A stretch of DNA of 64,000 bases from Torpedo marmorata (taxonomy: Eukaryota), in NCBI GenBank assembly GCA_977017645.1, contig OZ360255.1, positions 34,658,001 to 34,722,000 on the forward strand, read 5' to 3'. Shown here piece by piece: positions 24,575 through 36,559 of the stretch; the first letter of the stretch is position 1, and every line of letters begins with the position of its first letter. A program made the position numbers and the translations under genes. A model generated the notes under the pieces. The model did no database searches and was not told the origin of the DNA. It saw only the letters and a list, made by a program, of their open reading frames with translations.

Positions 24575-27500
24575 AGAGGTTTGATAATAAGTTTTTCGGC
24601 AAAAATTAGAAAAGATTATTTGAAAGAAGAAGAAAAACTGGAAGGGGAGATTGAATTCATGGAAAAGGATTTTCAAAGAAATAAAACAATTTTTAAGAGA
24701 CAACGTTTAATTGGGAAAAAATTACATTATAATATATTACAAACTCGAAAAATAGAAAAATTAATTGGTAGAACAAAGCAAAGATATTATGAATTGGGAG
24801 AAAGAGCACATAAAGTTTTAGCATGGCAATTAAAGAAAGAACAAGTTTCTAAAACTATAAATGCTGTAAAGAAAAGTACTGGAGAAATAACTTATAAACC
24901 TCAAGAAATAAATAATTCATTTAGAGAGTATTATCAAAATTTATACACTTCGCAAATGAATCAAGATGTTGTAAAAATTGATGATTTTTTATCTAAAATT
25001 ACATTGCCTAAATTGAATAGTTTTAATAGAGATTTGTTAGATTTACCAATTACAATGAGAAAAGTAGGTGAGGCTTTATCATCATTGAAAAGTGGTAAAT
25101 CTCCTGGTGATGATGGATTTCCGATAGAGTTTTATAAGAAGTTTAAAGATTTATTGATACCTATATACATGGAAGTGTTGACTCAAGTAAAGGAAACTCA
25201 TTTATTACCGAAAACATTTTTAAATGCTATTATTACAGTTATACCAAAGAAGGATAGGGATGTATTAAAAACTCAATCGTATAGACCTATATCACTGTTA
25301 AATGTAGATTATAAAATAATGGCAAAAATTGTGACAAATAGATTAGCTAAGTCTTTACCATTTTTAATACATCCAGACCAAGCAGGATTTATTAAAAATA
25401 GATATTCAAAGGATAATATAGCAAGATTAATAAGTTTGATTAATTTACAAAAAAGGAAACAGGATTTGCCGTTAGTGATAGCATTAGATGCAGAAAAAGC
25501 ATTTGATAGATTAGAATGGAAGTTTTTATTTAAGGTTTTAGAGAAATATGGATTTGGAAATACGTTTATAAATTGGATTAAGACTATATATAAGGAACCT
25601 ACAGCTAGAGTAATTACAAATGGTCAAATATCATCTAAATTTTCTTTGACACGGTCAACAAGACAAGGATGTCCTTTGTCACCTGCTTTATTTGTATTGG
25701 CAATAGAACCGTTGGCTGAAATGATTAGGAAAGATATTAATATAAATGGGATTAAGGTAGGTGCAGAAGAGCATAAAATTAGTCTGTTTGCAGATGATGT
25801 ATTAATATATATGACAAAATCTATTAAATCACTTCAAAAATTAGATAAGATATTGAGGGATTATGGTGAGATATCTGGATATAAAATAAATTCGGATAAA
25901 AGTGAGATAATGGCTCTATCTCAAGGAGACTATACTAAATGTAAAGAAGTTACAAAATTTAAATGGGCTAAAGAAGCAATTAAATATTTGGGAGTTAAAG
26001 TACATACAAAATTAGAAAATTTATATAAATTAAATTATATACCTTTATTTCAGAAAATAAAGAAAGATTTGGATAATTGGAAAGATTTACCTATAACTTT
26101 AATGGGAAGAGTGAATTGTATTAAAATGAATATTTTTCCAAGAGTTCAATATCTTTTTCAATCTATACCTTTTGGTATTCCTCAAAAATTTTTTAAAGAT
26201 TTAAAAATTATTATTAGAAAGTTTTTATGGAAAGGAAAATTGGCAAGGGTAAGTATAGATAAATTAACTTGGGAATATGAAATGGGAGGATTACAACTTC
26301 CTAATTTTCAATATTACTATAAGGCAGCACAATTAAAATTTATAAATGAATTTTTTGATTTAACTAAAAATACGGCTTGGATTAATATAGAATTGAGTAA
26401 TACAGGGGAAAGATATAAGGAAGATATTATATATAAATGGAATTCCAAATTATTATTGATTAAAAAGAAAAAGTCACCGATTATTAAACACTTATTGGAA
26501 ATTTGGAATCAGCTAGATAATGAAATAGGACGAAAAGGATCAATATCTTTAAATATGCCATTATATCAGAATCTATTGTTACCTTTTTCTATTGATAATC
26601 AATTTTTAAAATTATGGTATCAAAAAGGAATTAAGAAGATTAAAGATTGTTTTGAGGCAGGAAGATTTGTTACTTTTTCTAGATTGAAGGAAAAATTTGG
26701 AATAATGGACAATACAATTTTGGCTTATTATCAGGTTAAAGGATTTTTAGTTGAGAAATTAGGGAATCAATTGATATCTCCTAGACAAGATGGGTTAGAG
26801 TTACTAATTACTAATGGAAATGTTAATAAATTTATATCACAAATGTATAAATTACTTCAGAGAAAGATGTCTAAAGTAGGACTACATAAATCTAGATTAA
26901 ATTGGGAGTCAGATTTAAATATTAGTATAGACGAACAACATTGGAAAGAACTATGTAAATTGAGTATGACTAAAATTATTAATGTTAGATATAGATTAGT
27001 ACAATATAACTTTTTTCATCAATTATATATAACACCTAAAAAATTAAAGAAATTTAATCCGGAATTATCAGATATGTGTTTTAGGTGCAAAGATGAAATA
27101 GGTTCTTTTGTACACTGTACATGGTCATGTTTAAAAATTCAAAATTTTTGGTCTAAAGTTAAGGATTTTTTAGATAGAATTTTTAATATTACGATTCCAA
27201 TGGACCCTATGATATTTCTATTTGGAGATATTAAAAAATTTAGTATTAGAAATAGATTGAATATGTATCAAATAGAATTTTTACGAATTGTGTTAGCGAT
27301 TTCAAAAAAATGTATAGCTATTACTTGGAAATCAGATTTAGATTTGAATTTGGATAGATTACATGCAGAGTTACGCTCGTGTATACCATTGGAAAAAATT
27401 ACGTATAATCTACGAGATAAATACCATTTCTTTTTGAAAATTTGGAGCCCATATATGAGAATTATGGGTATGAATTAATTCTCTAAAAGTTAGTAACGCT

Positions 27501-27783
27501 GACAAAAGTAACCTCCAATATATAAGTAGAGTTAGCTTGTAATGGTTTTCTCCTCATACTAACTCTTATAACTTTATTATTCATTCTATTCTTTTTTCTT
27601 TTAACTAATACTTTTTTTTTTCGTATTTTTCTTTTTCTTTTATTAGAATAGTGCGGGAGGGTTGGGGAGGGGAGGGTGGGAGGGGGGAGGTAATATATCA
27701 CATGTATTTTGAATAATATACTATTTTTGATCTATGTATTTTGTGATTTTAAAAATTAAATAAAAATTTTTTTAAAAAAAATA
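24575..27783 (+). mobile_element. Young 5'-truncated L1-clade LINE with uninterrupted ORF2 (RT + CCHC, endonuclease absent)
   Basis: Open frame 24575-27478 with QGCPLSP and LFADD. G-rich 3' UTR, aataaa, A-tail. 13-bp TSD gaaagtggcaact at 24562-24574 and 27784-27796. Confidence 0.96.
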
Positions 27784-28106
27784 GAAAGTGGCAACTCATG
27801 TGGACATTAACGCTTTTTCACGCTGGCCTTTATTGGGCGTGGTACAGAATACAAACATTGACATCTCATTTTTCAGTTGCACAAGGTGTTAGTGAAACTG
27901 CACTTAAAGTACTGTGTGAAGTTCTGCTCGCCCAGCTTCAAGAATGACACCAATAAATTGGAAGGGGGGCAGCGGATATTCGCCAGGATGTTGACTTCAC
28001 TGCAGGGCTGCAGTTACAGGTGGAGTTTTACGCCCACTTTTCATCATTTACAAAAGTGGTGGAGAAACCGAGCAGATCACGCAGCGTCCATAAGAGGTAA
28101 GCATAT

Positions 28107-28146
28107 ATAACCGACGTTTCGGGCCTGAGCCCTTCGTCAAGGTATG
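28107..28146 (-). ncRNA. Minimal hammerhead-ribozyme-like motif (Penelope pLTR type)
   Basis: Minus strand: catacc TTGACGA A GGGC tcag GCCC GAAA CG TC ggttat. Perfect 4-bp stem II and palindromic ACGT in place of stem III. Confidence 0.6.
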
Positions 28147-29109
28147 AGTAGAAAGCAGGCAGGCGCTGCTGAGTTTCTCCAGCATTTTCGTGTTAACTAC
28201 AATCACAACGTCTGCAGACTCTCTCGTTTTAATCTTAGGGTGATCCGCTAGATGTCTCAGAAATCAGGAAGGGCAAGGGTTAAGTGAATTCTCACAGTAT
28301 ATTTCCCAGGGTAAATTATTCTGGAAATGAAGGGCACAGGTTGGGGCGAATGAAGGAAATAGCAGAAGGAACTGAAGGACTACTTTCACTCAGCGGTTGG
28401 TCCGCATCTGGAATGAGCTGGCAGAGTAAACGGAATAATTTGACATAAAATCAACTTAATGAACGTATTTGTGATGAATATTTGGATAAGAGGGTCTTGG
28501 AGGGTGTGGTCCACGTGGTGTCAAATGGGATTCGCCGATAATACATTTGTCGGCAAGGACTAGTTGAGACGAAGGGCTTGTTCTATGCTGTGTGACTCCC
28601 TCCCTCTCTGAATCCAAACCAGTGTCTGATTCGCTGAAAAACGAACTCTCTTAAAAGTCAGTAAATTCCACCCGAAATAAAAAGCTCCGATTATTAGTAA
28701 GAATGAATTTCAACTGAACGTGACGAAGCCAGTTGATGTCCATCGGCAGTAAATAAACAGGTGGTTAGATTCGTGGTGCTGTTTAAGCAAAATATATGTC
28801 AATAGCATTTGTTTGTTAAACTGATTGCAGGAGAAGCAGGAATGGTCTGAAAATTTCTTTCGAGGGGATAAGATTCCAGAAATATTTCTGCTGCAGTTGT
28901 AAGAACAATTTAAATATTTACATAAATTCGTGGTCACGTCATTCGTCGTCGGGGGCTCCAACAGCAACGTTTCCTTTTTATTTCCAAATATCTCAAATAA
29001 ATATCAGACTGAAGCATTACTGGTTTTTAAAAGTGCGAAATGGAAATGTAAAACTATTTTTTAGCATTGCTAAACGCTCTTGTACTGAGACAGATTCAGA
29101 TATGTCAAT

Positions 29110-29408
29110 TCTCTTGTAAATCTCCTCTGCACTCTCTCTATTCTGTTTATATCCTTCCTGTAATTCGGCGACCAAAACTGCGCACAATATTCCAAATTTG
29201 GCCTCACCAATGCCTTATACAACTTCAACATGACATCCCAACTCCTGAATTCAATACTCTGATTTATGAAGGCCAACATACCAAATGCCTTCTTCACCAC
29301 CTTATCTACGTGTGACTCAATTTTCAGGGAATTATGTACCAGAATTCCTAAATCCCTCTGTTCTACTGCACTTGTCAATTGTCTTCCATTTAACATGTAT
29401 GACCTTTG
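29110..29408 (-). mobile_element. Internal CR1 fragment inserted upstream of GPCR copy B
   Basis: ORF 29070..29396 is nearly identical to 39380-39680. Confidence 0.9.
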
Positions 29409-29915
29409 CAGATCAGTCAGTTTATCATTGACGTTATTTTGTTCTGTTCAAATGATCTGTCCATGTTTTCATATTCATTTCATGTCGAAAACGCGCAATG
29501 TTTGCCAACAAATGTGGCAGACATTGGCCATTAGTGATGCGCAGGTATATGGGAATTGAATCGCTCAATAAGTAGGAATTAACCGCGTGGCAAAAGAGTG
29601 TGAAATGGAGATGTGAGTCTGCAGTTGGTTTAAATATTATTTCTTTGCTGGCAAAAGGTGTCTCTGTATTTTCACCCATCCAGATAATCAGCAATTCTTA
29701 GTTTCGCAATCAAATCTTGGAACTGAGCAAAATTGGTCCCAGCGAGAATTTCCTTTCGCTGTCATCATCGTTAATCCTATTTTTAACTTCTTTTATGTTG
29801 AAATCTTAATGATACACGAAGACTGAGAAGGCTATAAATCTCACGGATGTGTCGGCTCCACAGTTTAAGCTAAAGGATCGTACATCGTAAAGGGAAACGT
29901 CTCTCCAATTAGAAA

Positions 29916-29982
29916 ATGCGCAAAGATTATTTCCGTGTGGAGAAAATATTGTACGTGATCATTGCCGTCATTGGAATTCCTG
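29916..29982 (+). CDS. GPR139/GPR142-like GPCR copy B, exon 1
   Basis: ATG 29916 gives MRKDYFRVEKILYVIIAVIGIP plus G. Canonical GTGAGT donor at 29983. TATAAA at 29833-29838. Confidence 0.92.
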
Positions 29983-30499
29983 GTGAGTGAATAGAATAAT
30001 TCATTACGAATATCACTTTGTCTGAATACGACAAGAAATAAAGGACAAAATAATTACCGGTAATCAAAATTTAGCAACAACACAATGCTGGAGAAAGCCA
30101 GCTTGGTCAAACAGCGTACTTTATATAGCAAATATATAAATCAAAATGTTGTGTCTTCAGGAAATAGGATGCAATGTACTGACAATAATTCGAGGCAACC
30201 ATAGTACTGGTTATATCGGGAAATAAATGGAGGAGAATTTGTGAAATGAAGATACAGAAGAAATAGATGTAATAATCGCTAAATCATTAGCTCTTGATAA
30301 TGCGTATCTGGAGTTCTGAAGGTGTCAGCGTGCTGTGTGGAACAAATGAAACAAATTTTTGACATCACCGAATATACTGCGCAGTTTTAGATTGAGAATT
30401 GGTGAATTGAGAACGCCTAATAAAGGCATCGAAAACAAGAATGAATGGGTTACTCCAAGGGCATTTGTGAGAACCAGGCTCCAATTTATAATTAAATAT

Positions 30500-32190
30500 A
30501 TATATATATATAATTTTTAATATTTTATTTTAAATTTTTTGTCCATACATGCATAATCATATAATACATTACATTACACTACTTATACACGTTGGGTAAA
30601 CCCCAGCCCCCTCTTCCCCCTCCCCCCAAACCAAAACCCCCGAAAAGAAAAAAGAAAAGAACGATAATAAATAAAATAAAAGTATGAAGAAAGATAAAGT
30701 GATCTGGATGGTAAAAAGTCTTCACCTACATCACTGTTTTTAATGAGTTACTTTTTTTTTCTTCATATACTTCTCAGGGGGAAATTAATGAGGCACTTGA
30801 TAAGGGGAAAGAAAAAACTATAAGTTTATTCCTACAGTTTGTAAATATGGGTGCCATATTTTCAGCAATATTAACAGTGATACCAAAAAAGGACAGAAAC
30901 CCTTTATAAACGTTATTAAATGCAGTTTATAAGATAATAGTAAAAAATATCAAATAGATTGACGGAATATTTACCAAAATTGATAAATATAGATCAAATT
31001 GGATTTGTACAAAAAAGACAATCTGCAGATAATGTAACTAGATTACTCAGTATAATATATTTAGCACAGAAAAGGGGAGATTTAATTGTAACAGTGGTTG
31101 TGGATGCAGAGAAGGCGTTTGATAGATTAGAGTGTGAGTTTTTATTTAAGCTGTTGGAAAAATATAGGATGGGACAGGTATTTGTAAATTGGATTAAAGC
31201 TTTGTATAATGAACCGAGAGTCAGAGTGGTAACAAATGGACAGGTCTCTGCACCACTTCCATTAAAAAGATCGAGTAGACAAGGCTGCCCATTATCACCA
31301 TCTTTATTCATTTTATCAATAGATCCACTTGCAGAATCAATACGGTCAGATCCAGAGATTAAAGGATTTAAAGTTAACCGAGAAGAATACAAAATTAATT
31401 TATTTGCTGATGATGTTTTAATTTATTTGACAGAACCAATAAGTTCATTACGTAAATTATATTTAAGACTTGAAGAATATGGGAAAGTATCGGGATATAA
31501 AATAAACTAGGATAAGAGTGAAATTATGCCTCTTCCGACAGGAGATTATACACAGTGTCAAAGAGAAACTCAATTTAAATGGCCAACGAATGGAATAAAA
31601 TACTTGGGTATACGAGTAAATAACTATTTAAAAATTTATATAAGTTAAATTACTTACCTTTATTGAAGAAAATTGGAGAAGATCTTAATAAATGGATGAC
31701 ATTACCAATAGCTTTGCTGGGTAGAGTTAACTGTGTTGAAATGAATATATTTCCTAGAGAACAATATTTGTTCCAAACATTACCGATACTATTACCGCAA
31801 AAGTTTTTTCAAGAATTAAATAAATTTATAAGGAAATTTCTATGGAAGGGTAAGATGTCGAGGGTTTCTTTAGCAATATTAATATGGAAATATGAGTTGG
31901 GAGGTTTACAACTTCCAAATTTTAGGAATTATTATAAAGCAGCACAAATGAGATTTATATCATCTTTTTTTGAAGAAGAGAAGTCGGTGTGGATTAAAAT
32001 AGAATTAGATAAGATAGGAGAAAAAATACCAGAAGATTTTATATATAAATGGGAATCAAAATGAATAACGGGTGATGGAGAAACCCCTCTGTTGAAAGAT
32101 TTCATTAATATGAGGAAAAAACAAATATTGATGATGAAAAGAGGGGACCTCTATTATCAGAATGTATTTAATTCAAAATCGACTTATTCC
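30500..32190 (-). mobile_element. 5'-inverted L1-clade insertion in the copy B intron
   Basis: Minus-strand tail and ORF2 end (30500-~30865) joined to a plus-strand RT segment (LFADD). TSD tataattaaatat at 30487-30499 and 32191-32203. Confidence 0.8.
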
Positions 32191-32560
32191 TATAATTAAA
32201 TATTTGATAAGGAATTTATCAGTATGAACAGTGTCAGAGAAGTCAGCATGTAATAATTAAGGAAATAGTGTAAGATGACATCAGTGCAGATATTGAGTAC
32301 GCCCCCAGTGAAATCGCAAAGAAGAACGCGTGAGTATTTGAAACAGCCAAGGACATCGGTCCTCAATGAATAATAGTGACATCCCAACTTGTAGTGAAAA
32401 TTTGTTAACGGCGTCTCAATAGATGAAAGTAATTTCCCGTCCCAGGCCATCGCATGAAACTGAGCAGGACAAATAAATTTCGGAACAGAGGTGGGCGTAA
32501 TGTAATTTACTGAGCGTGCAAATACATAACCAATAATATATAACCTGGATGAATGTGGTT

Positions 32561-32724
32561 ATCAGAATCAGAATCAGAATTTATTGTCATGAACAAGTCA
32601 TGAAATTTGGTGTTTTTCGGCAGCATTATAGTGAAAACATTGATATTATTACCATCTTACAACATTACTATAAAAAATAAAAATAATAGTGCACGAAAAG
32701 TAAGGCAGTGTCTTTGGATCATTG
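32561..32724 (-). mobile_element. Short Rex1/Babar 3' tail
   Basis: (atcaga)3 followed by atttattgtcatgaacaag, as at 22421-22575. Confidence 0.85.
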
Positions 32725-32801
32725 ATGGATGTATTGTACAGATGTCTGAAGGGCCATTGTCTCGCGGCGGATCCTAATGCTTGTGAATTCTCCTTCCGCA
32801 G

Positions 32802-33772
32802 TGAATTTAGTGGCGATTGTGATCCTGTCCCGGGGAAAATGCGGCCTCTCGACCTGCACCACTCGCTACCTGGTCGCCATGGCGACCGCGGATCTGTTGG
32901 TCATTCTCACCGAGGTCATCTTTTATCAGATCAATTATCATTATTTCCCGTTGTGTTTCCTGAACGTCACTTCTGTCTGCATCGTTCTCCGTGTACTGTC
33001 TCGCATTGTTATAAACTGTTCCGTCTGGTTCACCGTCACATTCACCTTTGATCGATTCGTCGCCATTTGTTGCCAGAAATTAAAAATTAAATATTGCACC
33101 GCGAAAACAGCGACAGCAGTCGTAGCGACAACTGCAATCCTGTTCTGTATGAAGAACGGTCCACTCTACTTCTCTTACGGACCCAGAGTGATCATCAACA
33201 ACGTCCCGTGGTTCTGTTATCCGAAACCAAGTTACTTCACTGACCCCGGGTGGGTGGCGTTTGACTGGTTGGACATCGTGTTAACTCCGTTCCTCCCATT
33301 CGCTGTCATCATGCTGCTCAACGCTTTGACAGTCCGACACATTTTAATGGCCAAACGGGTCCGGAAGGGGCTGAGAGATCAGAGCAAGGGCGAGAACCGC
33401 AGTGACCCGGAGATGGAGAGCAGGAGGCGGTCTATGGTTTTACTTTTCAGCATCTCCGGCAGCTTTGTCCTGCTGTGGCTGACGAATGTTGGAGAATTTA
33501 TCTATTATCAGGTGACAGGAATAGGAACAGGGGGGAATGATTCTGAAATTATTTTCGCCTATTTCGGATACTTACTGAGAAACTTCAGCTGCTGCACGAA
33601 CACATTCATTTACGCCGTCACCCAGTCGAAGTTCCGGGAACAAGTGATAAGGGCGGTGCACAATCCGGTCACCTCAGTCCTTCGGTGCACTAATACAATC
33701 GCGCTGTGGGCGAAGCTCAGAACTGCGCAGAGTCAGGGCTGTAACTCCGGTCAGTCAGCCGCACATTCATAG
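32802..33772 (+). CDS. GPR139/GPR142-like GPCR copy B, exon 2 (spliced product 345 aa)
   Basis: Branch-like ctaat at ~32774, acceptor ttctccttccgcag|TG. MATADL (TM2), FDRFVAIC (TM3), PWFC (ECL2), SCCTNTFIYA (TM7). No disablements. Confidence 0.93.
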
Positions 33773-34050
33773 GTTGACGCTGCTGCTGAATACATAAAGG
33801 GCTGACAAATGCTGAACCTGCAAACAACGGGATTTAGATGCTTCACCTGATCCCAGATGGCCGTCACACTCCGTCCGTAATCTGGCGGTGGGAGTCCTCC
33901 CGAAACTCATTCATTGTTTGATGCTTTTATAATTTCACTCCACGGATTTTGCCTGCTTTCCATGATACCCTGCAACAATGGCCGTCAGTCCGCAAAGTCA
34001 AGTTTCAGAGATGTCCCCATGATCCCCGGAAGGGGCTGAGAGGTCAGAGC

Positions 34051-34824
34051 CTCTGGTGCGGACCCGCGGGGAGCCAGGAACAGAGATACAGCGCTCCCGC
34101 GGTGTCCGGCCGCCCAGTCGACTGCCGTCGGCTCCGCACGGGCTTTGAACGGCCCGTTGAGGGAGCCGACGGTGGTTTTATTTGAGATGCCGCGAGCGCA
34201 GGGTCTGCGCCACGAGGGGCTGCAGACTCCGGGGAAGCGGGGGACTGGAGCAGGGCACCAGAGGACTGGAAGATCACCCCCCGTCTGAGAAGGAGAAGCG
34301 GAGGAGACGACCCACGGGACGGTGACCAGGGCGGCGACCGGTGAGGGGCTCTGAGGCTGAAGGACCAGTGCATGCGGCGGGCTGCTGGCGACTCGAGGCG
34401 AGGAACCCGCGGAGGCTGCGGGCTACTGGAGACTGCTGTCGGGGGACTCACGCCGGGCTGCGGACTGCTGGAGGCTGGCTCAAACTGGCTGGAGGAGTAC
34501 CAGGTATCGGAACCGGGATGCGAGGTGGTGCCGAGGGCGCCCTGACCGTGTCCGAGGTTCGGATCTGGAGCTCTGGATGCTGATGGTTTGGACTGGACTC
34601 TGTGTGGCTTCGGACGCTGCGGAAGCGCTGGAGGCGAATCTACGGACACTCGGTGACTCTGGGGGGACACTCTTTTGCTTCTCTTTCTCTGACTGTAAGC
34701 AATGTTAGAGGCGCTTAGGCAATTTCTGCCGGTGGCGAATCTGTCAGCATTGCAGCAGGCAAAAATAAATTTCATGTAATATGACACTGTCTTATTACTA
34801 TGACAACAAATTGAATCTTGAATC
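34051..34824 (+). mobile_element. GC/CpG-rich non-autonomous retroelement with a Rex1/Babar-like tail
   Basis: Ends in atgacaacaaattgaatcttgaatc. No recognisable protein. Confidence 0.55.
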
Positions 34825-34913
34825 CCTGGGATGTTGCACAGGAGTCATGACCTGAAAGCACTATCACTGTCGCAATGATTTTATTTTTACCTACAAGGCC
34901 GCGAGTATGTGAC

Positions 34914-35596
34914 TGTTGTGTGTGGAGGAGGCGTGGCCTCCCTGCCTGTATTGCGGGTGGTCACGTGTCCTCCCCGTCTGAAACTTATTCGGAAGTCACT
35001 TCACCTGTCAGTTAAGTTTGGACTCCGGTCACTAATTAGTTTACACCTTGCCTTTTGCTAATTGAAATCACCTAGCGTCATTTTTGGCTAAAACACACAG
35101 GTTATCCCTGTATTTAACAGGAGCACAAAGCACATTTGCTCTCTCTGCCTCGTGGCCCGAGCCCCTGACACTGCTCCATGCCAGGTCGCTACTGTGGACG
35201 TCGCTTGGAAGGGTCACGGGTAAGGTGTGCACTGCACTGAAGCTGAGCCATAGTATTGCTATAGATCAATACTTGCAGTAGAGCCCCCGCTCCCACTGAT
35301 CAGGGGTCCGGGAGCACGTGTAGAACCGCTGCTTATAGCATGTGTGTTTTATTCCCATTACGATTTTCCCACGCTCTCCTATAAATTGTGTGCGTGTGTG
35401 TTTTATTCCCGTTACGATTTCCGACGCTTTTCTATAAATTGTGCACGTGTGTGTTTAATTCCCATTACGATTTTCCCACGCTCTTCTATAAATTGTGCGT
35501 GTGTGTTAATAAAAGTTACGTGTGATTACAAACCCTTGTGTCCAGACTCGTCTCTCTGTGAACCCAGCGAACCTGACATTCGTTCTCTACATAACA
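34914..35596 (+). mobile_element. Retroviral-type 5' LTR
   Basis: TGTTGTG...CATAACA inverted termini. TATA-like tatttaa ~35111, three ~53-bp tandem repeats 35341-35507, AATAAA 35508. PBS immediately follows. Confidence 0.8.
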
Positions 35597-35597
35597 T

Positions 35598-35620
35598 TGG
35601 CACTGCGAGCAAGATTCAAA
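35598..35620 (+). promoter_or_regulatory. Primer binding site, tRNA-Ser-like
   Basis: TGGCACTGCGAGCAAGATTCAAA vs the complement of the vertebrate tRNA-Ser(CGA) 3' end as recalled (TGGCGCTGTGAGCAGGATTCGAA). Confidence 0.7.
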
Positions 35621-36559
35621 GAGTTACAACTGGACACATATGGAGTCTTAACCTTGTGGGATTGGAATATCGACTTAACTATGTGGGAGATTGTGTTACT
35701 AACTGAGTGTGTGGGTGTCCTGTCGGGTGCATGGTTTATTGTGTACCTGCTCACCAACGGGGTCAGCAGGGCGCGGCCCACAAGTAGGAAAGGGACCACG
35801 TGAGTCAGAGTATAAACTCCCCCGCTGGACCGATCACCGTCAGGGAATCAGCCATTTTGCAGCGTGGCTGGTCATTTGGGCCTACAGGTTGGACCCCCAC
35901 GGGCAGAAGATGGGGTACCACGTGATCTCCCTTCTGGAGGAATTGGGGTTTCCTGTGACCAGGGAGAGGAGTGGGCAAGCTCTATGGCTATTAATATCCC
36001 TACTGAGCCACCAGTAGGATATCACGTCAGAATTAAGCCGGCAGTGTGCTCAGCACATATAATTTGTTTTACTGAGAATGCGGGGTACCTTGGATGAAAT
36101 GGTATGATTTAAGTGTAATGTATTTTTTACTTTTAGAATTTATTCTTATGTACTCTGTATTTCTCCATGTGGAATTTCAATGTTAATAAAAATATTGAAA
36201 AGAAAGGTCTTTGTATCCTCACTAGTGATAGTAGAGGTCCCAGTGTATTGTAGATTGGCTCATATTTCACATGTGTTCAATGGGGTAACATAGGATACTA
36301 CTGGAAATTATGAGGCAGCAAGCCTCATATTAGTGGCAGGAAAACTATTGGAAAGTATGCAGGGATAAGATGTATGCACATTTGGAGAATAATGGACAAA
36401 TTCAGGTGAGTTTTTGATTGGTTTAGGTCATGTCTTAAAAAGTATTTATATGAAGTCACAAAAATGGTTTATGAACATAGAGAAGTGTATATTATATACG
36501 TAAACTGCCGTAAGGTATTTGCTGGTTTTCACGAGATTCGGCTTGAGTGTCGTCAGGTC

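Larger units (their letters stand above)
24044..28600 (+). mobile_element. Old CR1 remnant hosting the L1 at 24575-27783
   Basis: CR1 motif VQSSLKVAT|HVD is split by the L1. HKVLVKLHLKYCVKFCSP follows downstream. Confidence 0.7.

Noticed and set aside
24521-27478. 985-aa ORF as a host gene or domesticated RT
   Set aside because: It is a 5'-truncated L1 with TSD and poly(A). The first 18 codons are host CR1 sequence.
32777-32801. ATG at 32777 as the start of a single-exon GPCR
   Set aside because: These codons are the branch point and polypyrimidine tract, and TM1 would be incomplete. A matching exon 1 exists at 29916-29982.
29916-33772. Assigning the symbol GPR139 or GPR142
   Set aside because: The similarity is family-level only, and these are lineage-specific paralogs whose orthology cannot be shown here.
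34044-34787. 247-aa minus-strand ORF
   Set aside because: Pro/Ser/Arg-rich antisense frame of a GC-rich repeat, with no domain.
35341-35507. Repeat array as CRISPR-like
   Set aside because: Contiguous tandem units with no unique spacers, inside an LTR in eukaryotic DNA.
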